The notes: a model not told the origin generated them from the letters alone. A DNA stretch of 64,000 nt from Acidobacteriota bacterium (GCA_004356105.1 SMYC01000016.1:891-64890); one strand, 5' to 3'; shown: positions 49,359 to 59,830, numbered from the stretch's first letter. Translations and numbers: made by a program.

Positions 49359-51680
49359 CTACGTGCGCACGTTGAAGAGCCCATATAGCGCCGCGATGCT
49401 GAAGAGCACGTTGGGGGCCCAGGCAGCCAAGACGGGTGGAAGGAACGCCATCTCGCCCATGAAAGCGAACACGCGGGTCGTCACGTAATAGGCCAAGCCG
49501 ATCGCGATGGCAATTCCGATGCCGTAGAGTGCGCCTTTTTTTCCCGGGCTAAACGAGAAGGGTATCGCGATGAGCGCCATTACCATCGCGGCTAGCGGGA
49601 AGGAGAACTTTGCATGTTGGGCCACGCGAAGGGGGACGACGTCATAGCCTGCCTGCTGCAAATCGTCGACGTAGCGGGTCAGCTCCATGTAGGTCATCTG
49701 ATCGGAGCGCTTGACCTCCTTGACGAAGTAAGACGGTGGCTCCATGTCGTGGATGAGGAGGGTCTCGAAGCTCTCATGCTTCCCGCCTTCGACGAAATTG
49801 CGCCTCCATCCCCGGGAGAAAATCCATGCGCCCTGCTCCGACGCCCATTGAGCTTCTTGCGTATAGAGACGTTCGGTGATGGTGAATGGGTCGGTCTGAA
49901 ACTTGTAGACCGCGAGGCCGCTAAACTTCTGCAGATTCGAATCGTAATAGGCGTAGTTGTAGAGCTCTTGCCCCTCTCCCATCATCCATTGACGGTTCAA
50001 GACATTGTGGGTCTGGACCGGGCGGTTCTTGATCTCGTCGCGAAGCTCCGCCGCGCGGCGATTGGCGTAGGGGAGCCAATATTCTTGGAGCGCGAAACAG
50101 CCCGCGCTCACCATGATTCCTATCAAGATAACGGGCACGGATATCCGGTAGAGGCTTATTCCCCCGGCTTTCGCCGCCGTGATCTCGCTCGTCTTTGTCA
50201 AGATGGCGAAACAGACAAGGGTCGCCATGAGGGTTGCGAGAGGCAACATGTGAAAGAGAATCTGCGGCTGGGCAAAAGCGAGATATTGAAGAACGAGCGT
50301 TCCCTTTATGTTGTGCTCGAATGCATCGGCGATCACATCGATGAGCAGACCGAGGATGTAGACGCTCACGAGTGCTACTAGTATCAGTAGAAAGAAACGC
50401 GCGAACTCGCGACCGATATAGCGATCGAGCGTGTTCGGGAAGCGCAAGCTTATCCGTGGGACGCGGACCACGACGATGGTGCGGTCGGGTGTGCTCGCTC
50501 GTCTCTTGCGGAGAGCGTGGAGCTTTACTGCCAGGCTTGGCCAAAGCCTGTCGATCCCGAAAAAACCGGCTCCTTGAGATTCCCGCGCCGCACGTATCAG
50601 GAGCGCTATTGCCATACCGCCGAGAAGGATGTTGGGCGTCCACATCCCGAGAAAAGGTGACAAGCGGCCCGTTACCGCCATGTTCTCGCCAACATCGATG
50701 ATGATGTAGTAAGTAAAAATGACGGCCAGGCTCACGATGAAGCCCCATGAACGACCGTCTCGTCGATTGCTGATGCCGAGCGCGAGGCCGAGCACCCCGA
50801 AAACGAAACAGGCAAAGGGAATCGAGAATTTCTTGTGGATCTCGGTCAGATAGATAGGGAGCTTCGTTTCGGCATAAGACTGACGCAGCTGGCTCAGGCT
50901 GAGCTCGCGTGCTCCCCGCGGCACGTTGATGTCTTCCGGTGGGAAGAAGGTGTGCGTCGGTAGCGGAAGAAAGATCTCCTTCGAGACCTGTCTCTGATAT
51001 TCCGCTGGCTTGCGATGCGAGACCTGATGCAGCTCAGCGTCTTTCAGGTAAAACGTCGCCGTCCGCGCCTCGGCGTCGATGAGGAGCTGTCCCTGGCTGG
51101 CGAAAGTCACGCGCGGAGATTGGGGCTCCGACAAGTCGGCAAGGATCACGTTCTCCCAGTAGCCCACGCCCGTCGGCGTGTCGAGCACCAGGAACATGAG
51201 ATTCGGGAAAAGCCGGTCGTAGAACACCCGCGGCCGGACCTCAGTGCCCGCTTGGGACGTCAGGATCTTGAAGAAGAGCTGGCGGACGTGCTGATTCGAG
51301 TCCGGCAGCACTTTAATAATGAGGTAGGATGACGCTCCCCAGGCGATCGTGGCCGCCACCAATATTGGGATGAGCAGCCGGTACAGACTCACGCCGCTCG
51401 CCCGCATCGCGATGATCTCGCTATCCGCGGCGAGTCGTCCTAGTGCTATGAGTACCCCGAGCAAGAAGCCCATCGGGATGGTCAAACAGAGGACGCTCGG
51501 GAGCAGGTGTAACAGGATGCTGAGCGTGTCCGCCAATGACGCCGATTGGCTCACGATCCTCTGGGCGAAGCGCAGGATCTCGTTCAGCAGGATGACGAAG
51601 GTAAAGACGCCTATCCCCAAAATAACGCTCGGGAACACTTCACGCAGGACGTAGCGGTCGAGGATCCGCAGCATGTTCAA
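49359..51680 (-). CDS. lptFG: Fused LptF-LptG lipopolysaccharide export permease (two YjgP/YjgQ modules in one 773-aa polypeptide)
   Basis: The N-terminal module starts MNMLRILDRYVLREV. The second module starts LRFPNTLDRYIGREFARFFLLILVAL. Each has the six-TM-plus-periplasmic-domain layout, and the reading frame is continuous. Confidence 0.75.
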   Translation of the reverse strand: MNMLRILDRYVLREVFPSVILGIGVFTFVILLNEILRFAQRIVSQSASLADTLSILLHLLPSVLCLTIPMGFLLGVLIALGRLAADSEIIAMRASGVSLYRLLIPILVAATIAWGASSYLIIKVLPDSNQHVRQLFFKILTSQAGTEVRPRVFYDRLFPNLMFLVLDTPTGVGYWENVILADLSEPQSPRVTFASQGQLLIDAEARTATFYLKDAELHQVSHRKPAEYQRQVSKEIFLPLPTHTFFPPEDINVPRGARELSLSQLRQSYAETKLPIYLTEIHKKFSIPFACFVFGVLGLALGISNRRDGRSWGFIVSLAVIFTYYIIIDVGENMAVTGRLSPFLGMWTPNILLGGMAIALLIRAARESQGAGFFGIDRLWPSLAVKLHALRKRRASTPDRTIVVVRVPRISLRFPNTLDRYIGREFARFFLLILVALVSVYILGLLIDVIADAFEHNIKGTLVLQYLAFAQPQILFHMLPLATLMATLVCFAILTKTSEITAAKAGGISLYRISVPVILIGIMVSAGCFALQEYWLPYANRRAAELRDEIKNRPVQTHNVLNRQWMMGEGQELYNYAYYDSNLQKFSGLAVYKFQTDPFTITERLYTQEAQWASEQGAWIFSRGWRRNFVEGGKHESFETLLIHDMEPPSYFVKEVKRSDQMTYMELTRYVDDLQQAGYDVVPLRVAQHAKFSFPLAAMVMALIAIPFSFSPGKKGALYGIGIAIAIGLAYYVTTRVFAFMGEMAFLPPVLAAWAPNVLFSIAALYGLFNVRT

Positions 51681-51854
51681 GTCTAGCCGGATGTCGGCAT
51701 GGAGCTCATCTTTTTACAAAGTAGCATAGGCGGGTAGCTTTCTTCCACTGCTTCAGCATCTTGGGGTAAATCATTGAACGGTCTACTATATCTTGTTGTT
51801 TTGCCTGGGCTGGGCGCGAAACCTGTGCTAAGCTTTCCACCTTCTGGGGTCAAA

Positions 51855-54800
51855 ATGAGGCTTGAGCGAGTCGACATCACGGGTTTCAAGAGTTTCGGCG
51901 AACGGGCCGAGCTGACGTTTCACAAGGGCGTTACGGCCATCGTTGGGCCGAACGGCTGTGGCAAGAGCAACATCGCTGACGCTATCGGCTGGGTTCTGGG
52001 CGAGCAGAGCGCCAAGAACTTACGCGGCCAGAAGATGGAGGAGCTCATCTTCAACGGTAGCGAGACACGGCCGGCGCTGTCGCTCGCGGAAGTGAATCTT
52101 CGGGTCTCGAACGTAAACGTGCCCGTGCCCACGAAAAAGGGCGAGACCGAGAATAACAAGAAGAGCTCGAAACGGGGTGAAGTGCTCGTCACCCGGCGCC
52201 TCCATCGCTCGGGCGAGAGCGAATATCTTCTCGACGGCAAAGCCAGCCGCCTCCGGGACGTCCAGGACCTTTTCATGGGGACGGGCGTCGGCTCGAAAGC
52301 TTACGCCATCATCGAGCAAGGAAAGATAGGGCTCATTCTCTCCAGCAAGCCGACCGACCGGCGCGCCATCATCGAGGAAGCCGCCGGCATCACGAAGTAC
52401 AAATCGCGGCGCCGTGCGGCGGAGCTCAAGCTCTCGGCTGCCCAGCAGAATCTTTTGCGCGTCAACGACATCGTGTACGAGATCACGCGGCAGATGAGCT
52501 CTTTGAAGCGCCAGGCCGGCAAAGCTCGCCGTTACAATCGTCTCCGAAAGGCGATGGATCGTCTCGAGAAAATATTTTTCGTCAAGCGCGCGGAGCTACA
52601 GGAGACAACGCTCAAACACTTCCGCGCGCGCCTCGCCAAAATTTCCGACGAGGAACTGCGTCGCTCGACGAGTCTCACCATTGCCGAGGGCTACCTCGAG
52701 CGAACGCGTCTCGCCCAGGCGGATGGTGAAGTTGTTTTGACAGATGCGCGCGAGGCTTTGCATCAACTCGAGCTAACCATCGAGCGTCTCGACCAATCTA
52801 TCGTGCGCCACAAAGGCCAGCTCGTGGAGCTCGACAAGCGACGCGCCCAACTCGAGACGGAAATGAAAGAGCTCGATGCCCGTCGAGGACCGGTGCTCGA
52901 GCAGCTCCAAACACGTCAAAAAGAAGAAACGGCGCTCTGTGGGGATCTCGAAGGGCGGGAAGAGCGGACGCAGGAGCAACAGGGGCTTCTAAAAGAGGCG
53001 AGCCTGTCCCTCGCGGAGCTCGAGTCTAAAATCGAAGAGCGCCGCTCCGAGATCGTGCATCGCATCAGTAAGATCGCCGCTTTGCATAATTTTCTTCAGG
53101 GCGTGCTCGCGAATGGAGACAAAGTCTCGGCGGAGCTCCTCAAGCTCTCGGAGGAGGAACGTGAAGTCGGGGCCGAGCGGTCACGTCTCGTATCGATGCT
53201 CGGCGAGACCAAAGGTGAGCTCGACGCGCAAGAAAAAACGGGGGCAAGGCTCGCCGATGAGCGCACCGAGCTCGAAGCAAAGGCGTCGGCCGCACGAGAG
53301 CAGCTCGAGGCGCTCGACACGCGCATGGCTTCTGACAAGGAAAAGCTGTCCGGGCTTTCGGCTCGGCTGACATCGCTCCAGGAGCTCGTTTCGGCGCGGG
53401 CCCATTTCGGAAGCGGGGCTAGGCTGCTTTTGTCTCGCGGGGCGGCACACGGCGTTCGGGTGAAAGGCTCCGTTGCGGACGCGCTCGAGGTCGAAGAGCG
53501 TTTCGAGCGTGCCGCAGAAGCATTTTTCGACACGGCGCTCCAGAGAATCCGGGTCGAGAACGAAGACGACGTCCGTCGCGCCCGTGAGCTGCTTCAAGAA
53601 GAACAGGATGCGGAGCGTTCCGAGCTTCTCGTCGAATCCCTGCCATGCTCGCCTCCTCCCGATCTCACGCCGGTAATTTCCACACTTCGAAAGCGAGGTC
53701 TCTCCGGGATCGTTGGCCGGTTGAGCGAGTTCTTGAGCTGGACGTCGGACGCGGCGCCTCTTCCCGACGCGATCGTCGTCGAGAATTTCGAACAGGCTCT
53801 CAGCTGTTATCGGGAGGAGCAAGCTTCTTACGTCACTTTGGGCGGTGAAGTCGTGACCTCTTTCGGGGTCATCGGCATCGGTCCCGGCGGAGCGAGCGAA
53901 GGTCTGCTTCAAACCAAACGCGAAATTCGTGAGCTCCACGAGGCGGTCGCGGAGGCAAAGGGTCAACTCGAGGCGGCTACCGGACGCCGCGGGGGGCGAA
54001 AAATCGAGCTCGAACGTGTGTCGAGTCGGCTTCTGGCCGTACGCGATCAGCAGCACGATCTCGAGAAAAAACTGGTGGGCCTCGAGCACAAAAGAGACCA
54101 GCTCTTCGAGGAGAACGAACGGCTCGAGCGTAAGCAAGATGTTCTAGCCGGGGAGCGCGCCCGCGCGGAATCTGAAAAGGCAACGCTCGCGGCCAAACGG
54201 ACCGAGATGGAATCTACCCTCGACGTCGAGGAGAAGCAGAAAGCGGGCGCGGAGGACAGTCTCGACACGTCGCGCGGCGAGCTCGCCGAGCGGCGCACGA
54301 GTGTGGAAGCGCTTCAAGTCCGTGCCGCCGAAGAAGCCTCGAGGCTCGCCGCGCTGAAGGAACGCCGCGACGCGGTGCGCGTCGACGTGCTGCGTCTCGA
54401 GGAAGGTGCCGCGGAGCTCGGGTTGCGCCTCGAGCGGAACGGCCGAGAGCAAGAAAGCTTGACGAGTCGAAAAGCGCAGCTCGGCGAAGCCGTCGTTACG
54501 GCGGAGTTGGAGCTGAAGTCCTCGGTCGCATCGCGTGGCGTCAAAGAAAACCTCGTGCGCAAGCTCGAGACCGGTGTGGTCGGTTTACGCGAGCGGGTCG
54601 AGACGACACAAACCGCTCTCAAGGCGCGGCGCGGCGAGCTCGAGGAAGTGCGCGAGCGACGCTCGCACGAGGCCGTCGAGGTCGCCAAGGAAGAGTCGGA
54701 GCTCAAACACTTGAAGGAGAGCTGCGAGAGTGCTTTTGCCATGTCGCTTCAGGACACGGCCGGTCTCCTCACCCCCGTGGAGCTTCTGCGCGACGATGAG

Positions 54801-55481
54801 GAAATCCAGGTGGAGCTCAAAGAGCTCAAGACGAAGATCGATGCTATCGGCACCGTCAATCCGATGGCGGACGAAGAATATCGCGAGCTCGAGACACGCC
54901 ACGAGTTCATCACGAAGCAGCGACAAGATCTCCTCGACTCCATCGAGAGCACCGAGACGGCGATTGGCCGTATCGATCGCACATCCCGCCAGCGTTTTCA
55001 GGAAGCCTTCGATATTATCAATCGAGAATTCGCCATAACGTTTCGCCAGCTCTTTGGCGGTGGTAGCGCCGGCTTGCGGCTCGTGGACGAGCAGAATGCT
55101 CTCGAGAGCGGCATCGACATCATCGCTCAGCCGCCCGGAAAGACCCTCCAAAACGTGCTGCTATTGTCGGGCGGCGAGAAAGCAATGACCGCCATTGCGC
55201 TTTTGTTCGCGATCTTTCGCTATCGGCCATCGCCTTTCTGTCTCCTCGACGAGGTGGATGCACCGCTCGACGACGCCAATGTCGGCCGCTTCGTCAACAT
55301 GCTGAGCGAGCTTCGAGATACGACGCAATTCATCATCATCACCCATCACCGAAAAACGATGGAGACGGCGGACCACCTCTTCGGCATCACGATGGAAGAG
55401 CCAGGAATCTCGAAGCTCGTTTCGGTCAACTTCGTCGAAGGAGACGAGGCTCCAGCCGAAGCGTTGGCCTCGACACCGTAG
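51855..55481 (+). CDS. smc: Chromosome partition protein SMC
   Basis: MRLERVDITGFKSFGERAELTFHKGVTAIVGPNGCGKSNIADAI (Walker A), long coiled coils, a hinge, and the C-terminal LSGGEKAMTAIALLFAI...LLDEVDAPLD. Confidence 0.9.
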   Translation: MRLERVDITGFKSFGERAELTFHKGVTAIVGPNGCGKSNIADAIGWVLGEQSAKNLRGQKMEELIFNGSETRPALSLAEVNLRVSNVNVPVPTKKGETENNKKSSKRGEVLVTRRLHRSGESEYLLDGKASRLRDVQDLFMGTGVGSKAYAIIEQGKIGLILSSKPTDRRAIIEEAAGITKYKSRRRAAELKLSAAQQNLLRVNDIVYEITRQMSSLKRQAGKARRYNRLRKAMDRLEKIFFVKRAELQETTLKHFRARLAKISDEELRRSTSLTIAEGYLERTRLAQADGEVVLTDAREALHQLELTIERLDQSIVRHKGQLVELDKRRAQLETEMKELDARRGPVLEQLQTRQKEETALCGDLEGREERTQEQQGLLKEASLSLAELESKIEERRSEIVHRISKIAALHNFLQGVLANGDKVSAELLKLSEEEREVGAERSRLVSMLGETKGELDAQEKTGARLADERTELEAKASAAREQLEALDTRMASDKEKLSGLSARLTSLQELVSARAHFGSGARLLLSRGAAHGVRVKGSVADALEVEERFERAAEAFFDTALQRIRVENEDDVRRARELLQEEQDAERSELLVESLPCSPPPDLTPVISTLRKRGLSGIVGRLSEFLSWTSDAAPLPDAIVVENFEQALSCYREEQASYVTLGGEVVTSFGVIGIGPGGASEGLLQTKREIRELHEAVAEAKGQLEAATGRRGGRKIELERVSSRLLAVRDQQHDLEKKLVGLEHKRDQLFEENERLERKQDVLAGERARAESEKATLAAKRTEMESTLDVEEKQKAGAEDSLDTSRGELAERRTSVEALQVRAAEEASRLAALKERRDAVRVDVLRLEEGAAELGLRLERNGREQESLTSRKAQLGEAVVTAELELKSSVASRGVKENLVRKLETGVVGLRERVETTQTALKARRGELEEVRERRSHEAVEVAKEESELKHLKESCESAFAMSLQDTAGLLTPVELLRDDEEIQVELKELKTKIDAIGTVNPMADEEYRELETRHEFITKQRQDLLDSIESTETAIGRIDRTSRQRFQEAFDIINREFAITFRQLFGGGSAGLRLVDEQNALESGIDIIAQPPGKTLQNVLLLSGGEKAMTAIALLFAIFRYRPSPFCLLDEVDAPLDDANVGRFVNMLSELRDTTQFIIITHHRKTMETADHLFGITMEEPGISKLVSVNFVEGDEAPAEALASTP

Positions 55482-55505
55482 CGGGCTATCCGAAACTGCA
55501 GGCTG

Positions 55506-55697
55506 GAAAAGATCAATAATAAAAAGGCGTAACGCAAAGGCGCCAAGCCGCAAAGGTCCGTATACCAAAGGTCCGTATCCCACCCTAAAGATTACGTACC
55601 GATCCAAAGAGGGCCTTCGAATCTTCTTCCTTTTCTTTCTTTGCGCCTCTGCGGCTTTGCGCCTTTGCGTTACGCTTTCCTTAATATTGATCTTTTC
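55506..55697. mobile_element. MITE-like 190-bp element. Two ~50-bp inverted copies of the dispersed motif (55506-55556 and 55628-55697) flank a 70-bp core that contains a CAAAGGTCCGTAT direct repeat.
   Basis: The outer ends AAAAGATCAATAATAAAAAGGCGTAACGC ... GCGTTACGCTTTCCTTAATATTGATCTTTT are near-perfect inverted repeats. No coding capacity. Confidence 0.6.
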
Positions 55698-55759
55698 GAG
55701 GTTCGGCGGCGCGACGATTGCGTCGTCCCGGAGGCGCGGCATACACTGCGGGTCTCTAG

Positions 55760-56350
55760 TTGAGGGCTCTATTGACCATACTGCTCGAACAAGAAGTCAA
55801 GTTTCGCCTGCAGGAGGCGCGAGATGGTGCGGCCAAGCTCGAGGCGATCGGCGCCCATATCGAGAAACCGCGTCATTTCGAGCAGAATGTGCTCTACGAC
55901 TACTCGGATAGGCGGCTCCGCAAGCGAGACGAAGCGCTCCGCCTGCGCCGCGTGGGGGGGGACCAGGCCTGGCTCACGTGGAAGGGGCCTCATCATGGGA
56001 GCGGCCGGATCAAGCAGCGTCGTGAGTTCGAGACCTTTCTCAGCGACGCGGACGCAGTGGAGGCGATTTTCGAAGCAATCGGACTCGTCGAGTGTTTCCG
56101 CTACGAGAAATACCGAGCGATCTACCGCGTCGGGTCAGCCATCCTAACGGTCGACGAGACCCCTATGGGTGTTTTTCTAGAGATCGAGGCGACGCCCGCG
56201 ATCATCACGGAGATGGCGGGCCGGCTCGGCCTCGACATGGAGGATGCCATCAATCTCAGCTATCCCCACCTCTATGAGCTGTATCGCGACACGACGCCCG
56301 GAGCGCCCGAGTTCATGGTGTTCTCAGAGGACCCGTTGACACCCTCATGA
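55760..56350 (+). CDS. CYTH-domain (triphosphate tunnel metalloenzyme / class IV adenylate cyclase-like) protein. The start is TTG.
   Basis: EQEVKFRL opens a CYTH first strand and LRLRRVGG...WLTWKG follows. The protein is about 190 aa and overlaps the next gene by 4 nt. Confidence 0.6.
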   Translation: MRALLTILLEQEVKFRLQEARDGAAKLEAIGAHIEKPRHFEQNVLYDYSDRRLRKRDEALRLRRVGGDQAWLTWKGPHHGSGRIKQRREFETFLSDADAVEAIFEAIGLVECFRYEKYRAIYRVGSAILTVDETPMGVFLEIEATPAIITEMAGRLGLDMEDAINLSYPHLYELYRDTTPGAPEFMVFSEDPLTPS

Positions 56351-57420
56351 CGCCTCCGCTTCGAAAAGCCATGGTCCTCGCGGCGGGCTTTGGCAAACGG
56401 CTGAGGCCGCTGACGGTGAATCGAGCCAAATCGGCGCTACCGGTTCTCGGTAGACCCATTATTGAATATGTCCTGCGGAGGCTCGCTCGGGCCGGTGTGC
56501 GGGAAGCCGTCGTGAACCTTCACCACGAGGCGAAGATGGTGGAGGCTGCGCTCGAGGGCGGCCCCCCGGAGCTCGCCATAGAGTTGTCCGTCGAGTCCGA
56601 GCTCCTGGGAACGGCGGGCGGGTTGAAGCACGCCTCGCATCACTTCGAGGATGAGGCCGCGTTTCTGCTCGTGAACGCCGACACCCTCGTCGATTTCGAC
56701 GTCGAGAACCTTGTACGCACCCATCACGAGACCGGCGCGATGGCGACCTTGCTCTTACGATCGAGACCATCGGGGAGTACCTACTCCACGATATCCGTCA
56801 ATGCCGATGGGAGGATCGACGCCGTTCTCACCGGAAGTGAGGAAGGAGAGCTCATGTTCGCCGGCGTCTGGGTCCTCTCGCCGAACGTACTCGATTACCT
56901 CTCGGGCGAGCCTGCGGGGCTCGAGAAAGAGCTCTTGCCGCGACTGATCGAACAAAGATCCGCGGTTGCCTGTGTTCAGGATACGACGTGGATTACCATC
57001 GATACCCTTGAACGTTATTGGACAGCCTGTCTTACGATGGCGCGCGCGCGGTTCTTCGAGGACGATTGGAACGTGAGCGTCGTGCCGAATCACGATCGGG
57101 CGCGAGTCCTCGCGGGCGGTGGCACACGCATCGATCGTCGGGCTTCGTTTCGGGGGGACGTCATTCTCGGCGCGGATTGTCGTGTGGCACGAAGCGCTCG
57201 AATCGAGAGCTCGATTTGTTGGGATGGCGTGGTGATTCCGAAGGGCGCAAAGATATCCCGATGCATCATCGCGGAAGCCGTCGAGCTTTCGCCGAACATG
57301 GAGCTCGAGGACAAGCTTGTCATGCACGTTGGTGAAAATAGCTCTGGGCTCAGGCGCCGCGAGATTCACGGGAATCTCGTGATCAGTAAAATCAGACGTG
57401 AACGGGCACGAGGCCTGTGA
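56347..57420 (+). CDS. Sugar-1-phosphate nucleotidyltransferase (MurU / mannose-1-P guanylyltransferase-like)
   Basis: MVLAAGFGKRLRPLTVNRAKSALPVLGRPIIEYVL is an NTP-transferase N-terminus. The C-terminal region is beta-helix-like. Confidence 0.65.
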   Translation: MTPPLRKAMVLAAGFGKRLRPLTVNRAKSALPVLGRPIIEYVLRRLARAGVREAVVNLHHEAKMVEAALEGGPPELAIELSVESELLGTAGGLKHASHHFEDEAAFLLVNADTLVDFDVENLVRTHHETGAMATLLLRSRPSGSTYSTISVNADGRIDAVLTGSEEGELMFAGVWVLSPNVLDYLSGEPAGLEKELLPRLIEQRSAVACVQDTTWITIDTLERYWTACLTMARARFFEDDWNVSVVPNHDRARVLAGGGTRIDRRASFRGDVILGADCRVARSARIESSICWDGVVIPKGAKISRCIIAEAVELSPNMELEDKLVMHVGENSSGLRRREIHGNLVISKIRRERARGL

Positions 57421-58403
57421 GTCTCACGGACGAGCCGCTCGCCGAGCGCGTCGCGCGCTTCGCTCACCGTCACGCGATTAGAGCGACGACACCGATGGTC
57501 GGGGACGCGTCGAATCGCGCTTATTTCCGTGTGGAGCTCGAAAGCGGCGAGACGCGCGTGCTCGCCCTTTTGCCGGAAGCTTTCACACAACGAGAGCTGC
57601 CGTTTCTGAACGTCGCCGAGCTATTACGGGCGATGCCGATTCGCGTGCCGGAAGTGATGGAGGTCTCGGGCTCCGAAGGGATTTTGCTCCTCGAAGATCT
57701 GGGCGACCGCTTGCTGCAGGATGCCGCGGAGGAGAGCTCGGATACTTGCAAGAGAGAACTCTACCGAAAAGCGATCGAAATGCTCGCCACCCTACAGCTC
57801 CGCGGAAAAGAGCTCGAGAACGAGCGCTATCTGCCGTTTCGCATCGTCCTCGACGAAGCGAAGTTCTTTCAAGAGCTCGAGTTCTTTCGCGAGCACTTTA
57901 TCGAAGGTCTCCGGGAGGCGCTCCTTCCGAGCATCGAGCTCGAGGAGCTCGAGTGCTTTTTTAGGGTAATCGCCAAAGAGTTGACGACCAAGCCCGAAGC
58001 ACTGTGCCATCGTGACTACCACGCGCGCAATTTGATGCTTTTCTCCGGCGAGCTCGTTCTAATCGACTTCCAGGATGCGCGGCGCGGCCCAATGGCCTAC
58101 GACCTCGTTTCTCTCTTGAACGATTCCTACGTTACCCACGAACCAGATTTCGTCGGCGAGATGACGGCGCTTTTCGAAGACCGCGTCGGCGCCACCGTTC
58201 TCGAGGACTATGACATCGCCGCCCTACAGCGCAACCTCAAAGCTCTCGGCACCTTCGGCTATCAAATCTCGCGGCGCGGCAACGACGTCTATGAGCGCTA
58301 TCTCGAGCACACGGTTGCGATGGTACGGGAGAATTTCGAGCGCAATCCGCGATGGGATGCCCTGCGGCGTATACTGGCGCGATATGAAAAGGGGCTTGGC
58401 TGA
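57417..58403 (+). CDS. Aminoglycoside-phosphotransferase-fold kinase (AmgK-like anomeric sugar kinase)
   Basis: The APH family catalytic loop LCHRDYHARNLM and LIDFQDA (DFG-equivalent). It overlaps the upstream nucleotidyltransferase by 4 nt. Confidence 0.65.
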   Translation: MSLTDEPLAERVARFAHRHAIRATTPMVGDASNRAYFRVELESGETRVLALLPEAFTQRELPFLNVAELLRAMPIRVPEVMEVSGSEGILLLEDLGDRLLQDAAEESSDTCKRELYRKAIEMLATLQLRGKELENERYLPFRIVLDEAKFFQELEFFREHFIEGLREALLPSIELEELECFFRVIAKELTTKPEALCHRDYHARNLMLFSGELVLIDFQDARRGPMAYDLVSLLNDSYVTHEPDFVGEMTALFEDRVGATVLEDYDIAALQRNLKALGTFGYQISRRGNDVYERYLEHTVAMVRENFERNPRWDALRRILARYEKGLG

Positions 58404-58412
58404 GGGTTAGGG

Positions 58413-59714
58413 ATGACTAGCGAAGCACAAGTCTACGTCTCGGATTTGTCTCAGCACGAAGGCGAGACGGTCACCATGCGCGGCTGGCTTCACAATCGGC
58501 GCTCGAGCGGGAAGCTCCAATTTCTCGTCTTTCGTGACGGTTCGGGATTCATGCAGGCGGTAGTATCGAAAGCAGACCTACCGGAAGAGGCGTGGGAGCG
58601 AACGCGCGCCCTCACCCAGGAAAGCTCCATCGAGCTCGAAGGGACCGTTCGCAAGGACGCGCGGGCTCCGGGGGGCTTCGAGCTGACGGTGAGCGATGTG
58701 AAGGTGTTCCAGATTGCGGAGGACTATCCCATCACGCCGAAGGAGCACGGCGTGAACTTCCTCTTGGACAACCGGCACCTCTGGCTCCGTTCGAAACGCC
58801 AGCATGCCATCCTCCGTATTCGGAACGAAGTGATCATGTCGGCCCGCCGCTATCTGGATGACCAGGGATTCATTGGCTGCGACACGCCAATTTTTACGCC
58901 GAATGCCTGCGAGGGCACGACGACCCTCTTCGAAACGAAATATTTCGACCAGAGAGCCTTTTTGACGCAAAGCGGACAGCTCTATAACGAAGCCATCGCG
59001 ATGGCAGTGGGGAAAACGTACAGCTTCGGACCAACGTTTCGCGCGGAGAAGTCCAAGACTCGCCGGCATCTCATCGAATTCTGGATGATCGAGCCAGAGG
59101 TCGCTTATCACGAGCTCGACGACACCATCGCTTTGGCGGAGAACTTGATTTGCGCCATCATCGAGTCTGTTCTCGAGCGACGCCGGCCGGAGCTCGACGT
59201 GCTAGAGCGTGATGTCTCGAAGCTCGAATCGGTTAAAAAGCCATTTCACCGGACGACTTACGACGAAGCCGCGGAAAAGCTCGAAGAGAAGGGGACGGAC
59301 TTCGTTCCTGGCAGCGATTTCGGCGCGCAGGACGAAACCGTGCTCGCCGAAGAGCTCGACCGGCCGCTCGTTGTCACCCATTACCCGACTGACATCAAGG
59401 CGTTTTACATGCAGCCGGATGCCGAGCGCCCGGATCGCGCGCTGTGCGTCGACATCCTCGCGCCTGAGGGCTATGGCGAGATCGTGGGCGGAGGGCAGCG
59501 CATACACGACCCCGAGCTCCTCGAGCAGAGACTGAAAGACCACGATCTGCCGCGCGATGCGTTCCAGTGGTATTTAGATCTGCGCCGCTACGGCAGCGTC
59601 CCGCATGCCGGCTTCGGGATGGGGATCGAACGCTTCATCTCTTGGATATGTAAGCTCGAGCACTTGAGGGAGGCCATCCCTTTCCCGAGAATGCTCTACC
59701 GCCTATCCCCGTAG
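58413..59714 (+). CDS. asnS: Asparagine--tRNA ligase
   Basis: The 433-aa protein has class IIb motifs [24 protein letters not shown] and [12 protein letters not shown], with an OB-fold N-domain. Confidence 0.9.
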   Translation: MTSEAQVYVSDLSQHEGETVTMRGWLHNRRSSGKLQFLVFRDGSGFMQAVVSKADLPEEAWERTRALTQESSIELEGTVRKDARAPGGFELTVSDVKVFQIAEDYPITPKEHGVNFLLDNRHLWLRSKRQHAILRIRNEVIMSARRYLDDQGFIGCDTPIFTPNACEGTTTLFETKYFDQRAFLTQSGQLYNEAIAMAVGKTYSFGPTFRAEKSKTRRHLIEFWMIEPEVAYHELDDTIALAENLICAIIESVLERRRPELDVLERDVSKLESVKKPFHRTTYDEAAEKLEEKGTDFVPGSDFGAQDETVLAEELDRPLVVTHYPTDIKAFYMQPDAERPDRALCVDILAPEGYGEIVGGGQRIHDPELLEQRLKDHDLPRDAFQWYLDLRRYGSVPHAGFGMGIERFISWICKLEHLREAIPFPRMLYRLSP

Positions 59715-59739
59715 CGGACGACTGAAAGCTAGCTTTTGA

Positions 59740-59830
59740 TGTTAAAAGCAAGGAGAGGTGGGGATAGGAGGAGATGTGGGGATAGAAAAACCGCAAGTTC
59801 TCATCTCCCCATCCCCTCCTATCCCCCATC
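59740..59830. repeat. Imperfect inverted repeat made of a G-rich arm (GGTGGGGATAGGAGGAGATGTGGGGATAG) and a C-rich arm (CTCATCTCCCCATCCCCTCCTATCCCCCATCCCC)
   Basis: Seen directly in the sequence. It lies between asnS and a diverged duplicate of the asnS 3' end (59840-59925). Confidence 0.6.

Noticed and set aside
53181-54137. 318-aa ORF on the minus strand within smc
   Set aside because: It is antisense to the SMC coiled-coil region. It is spurious.
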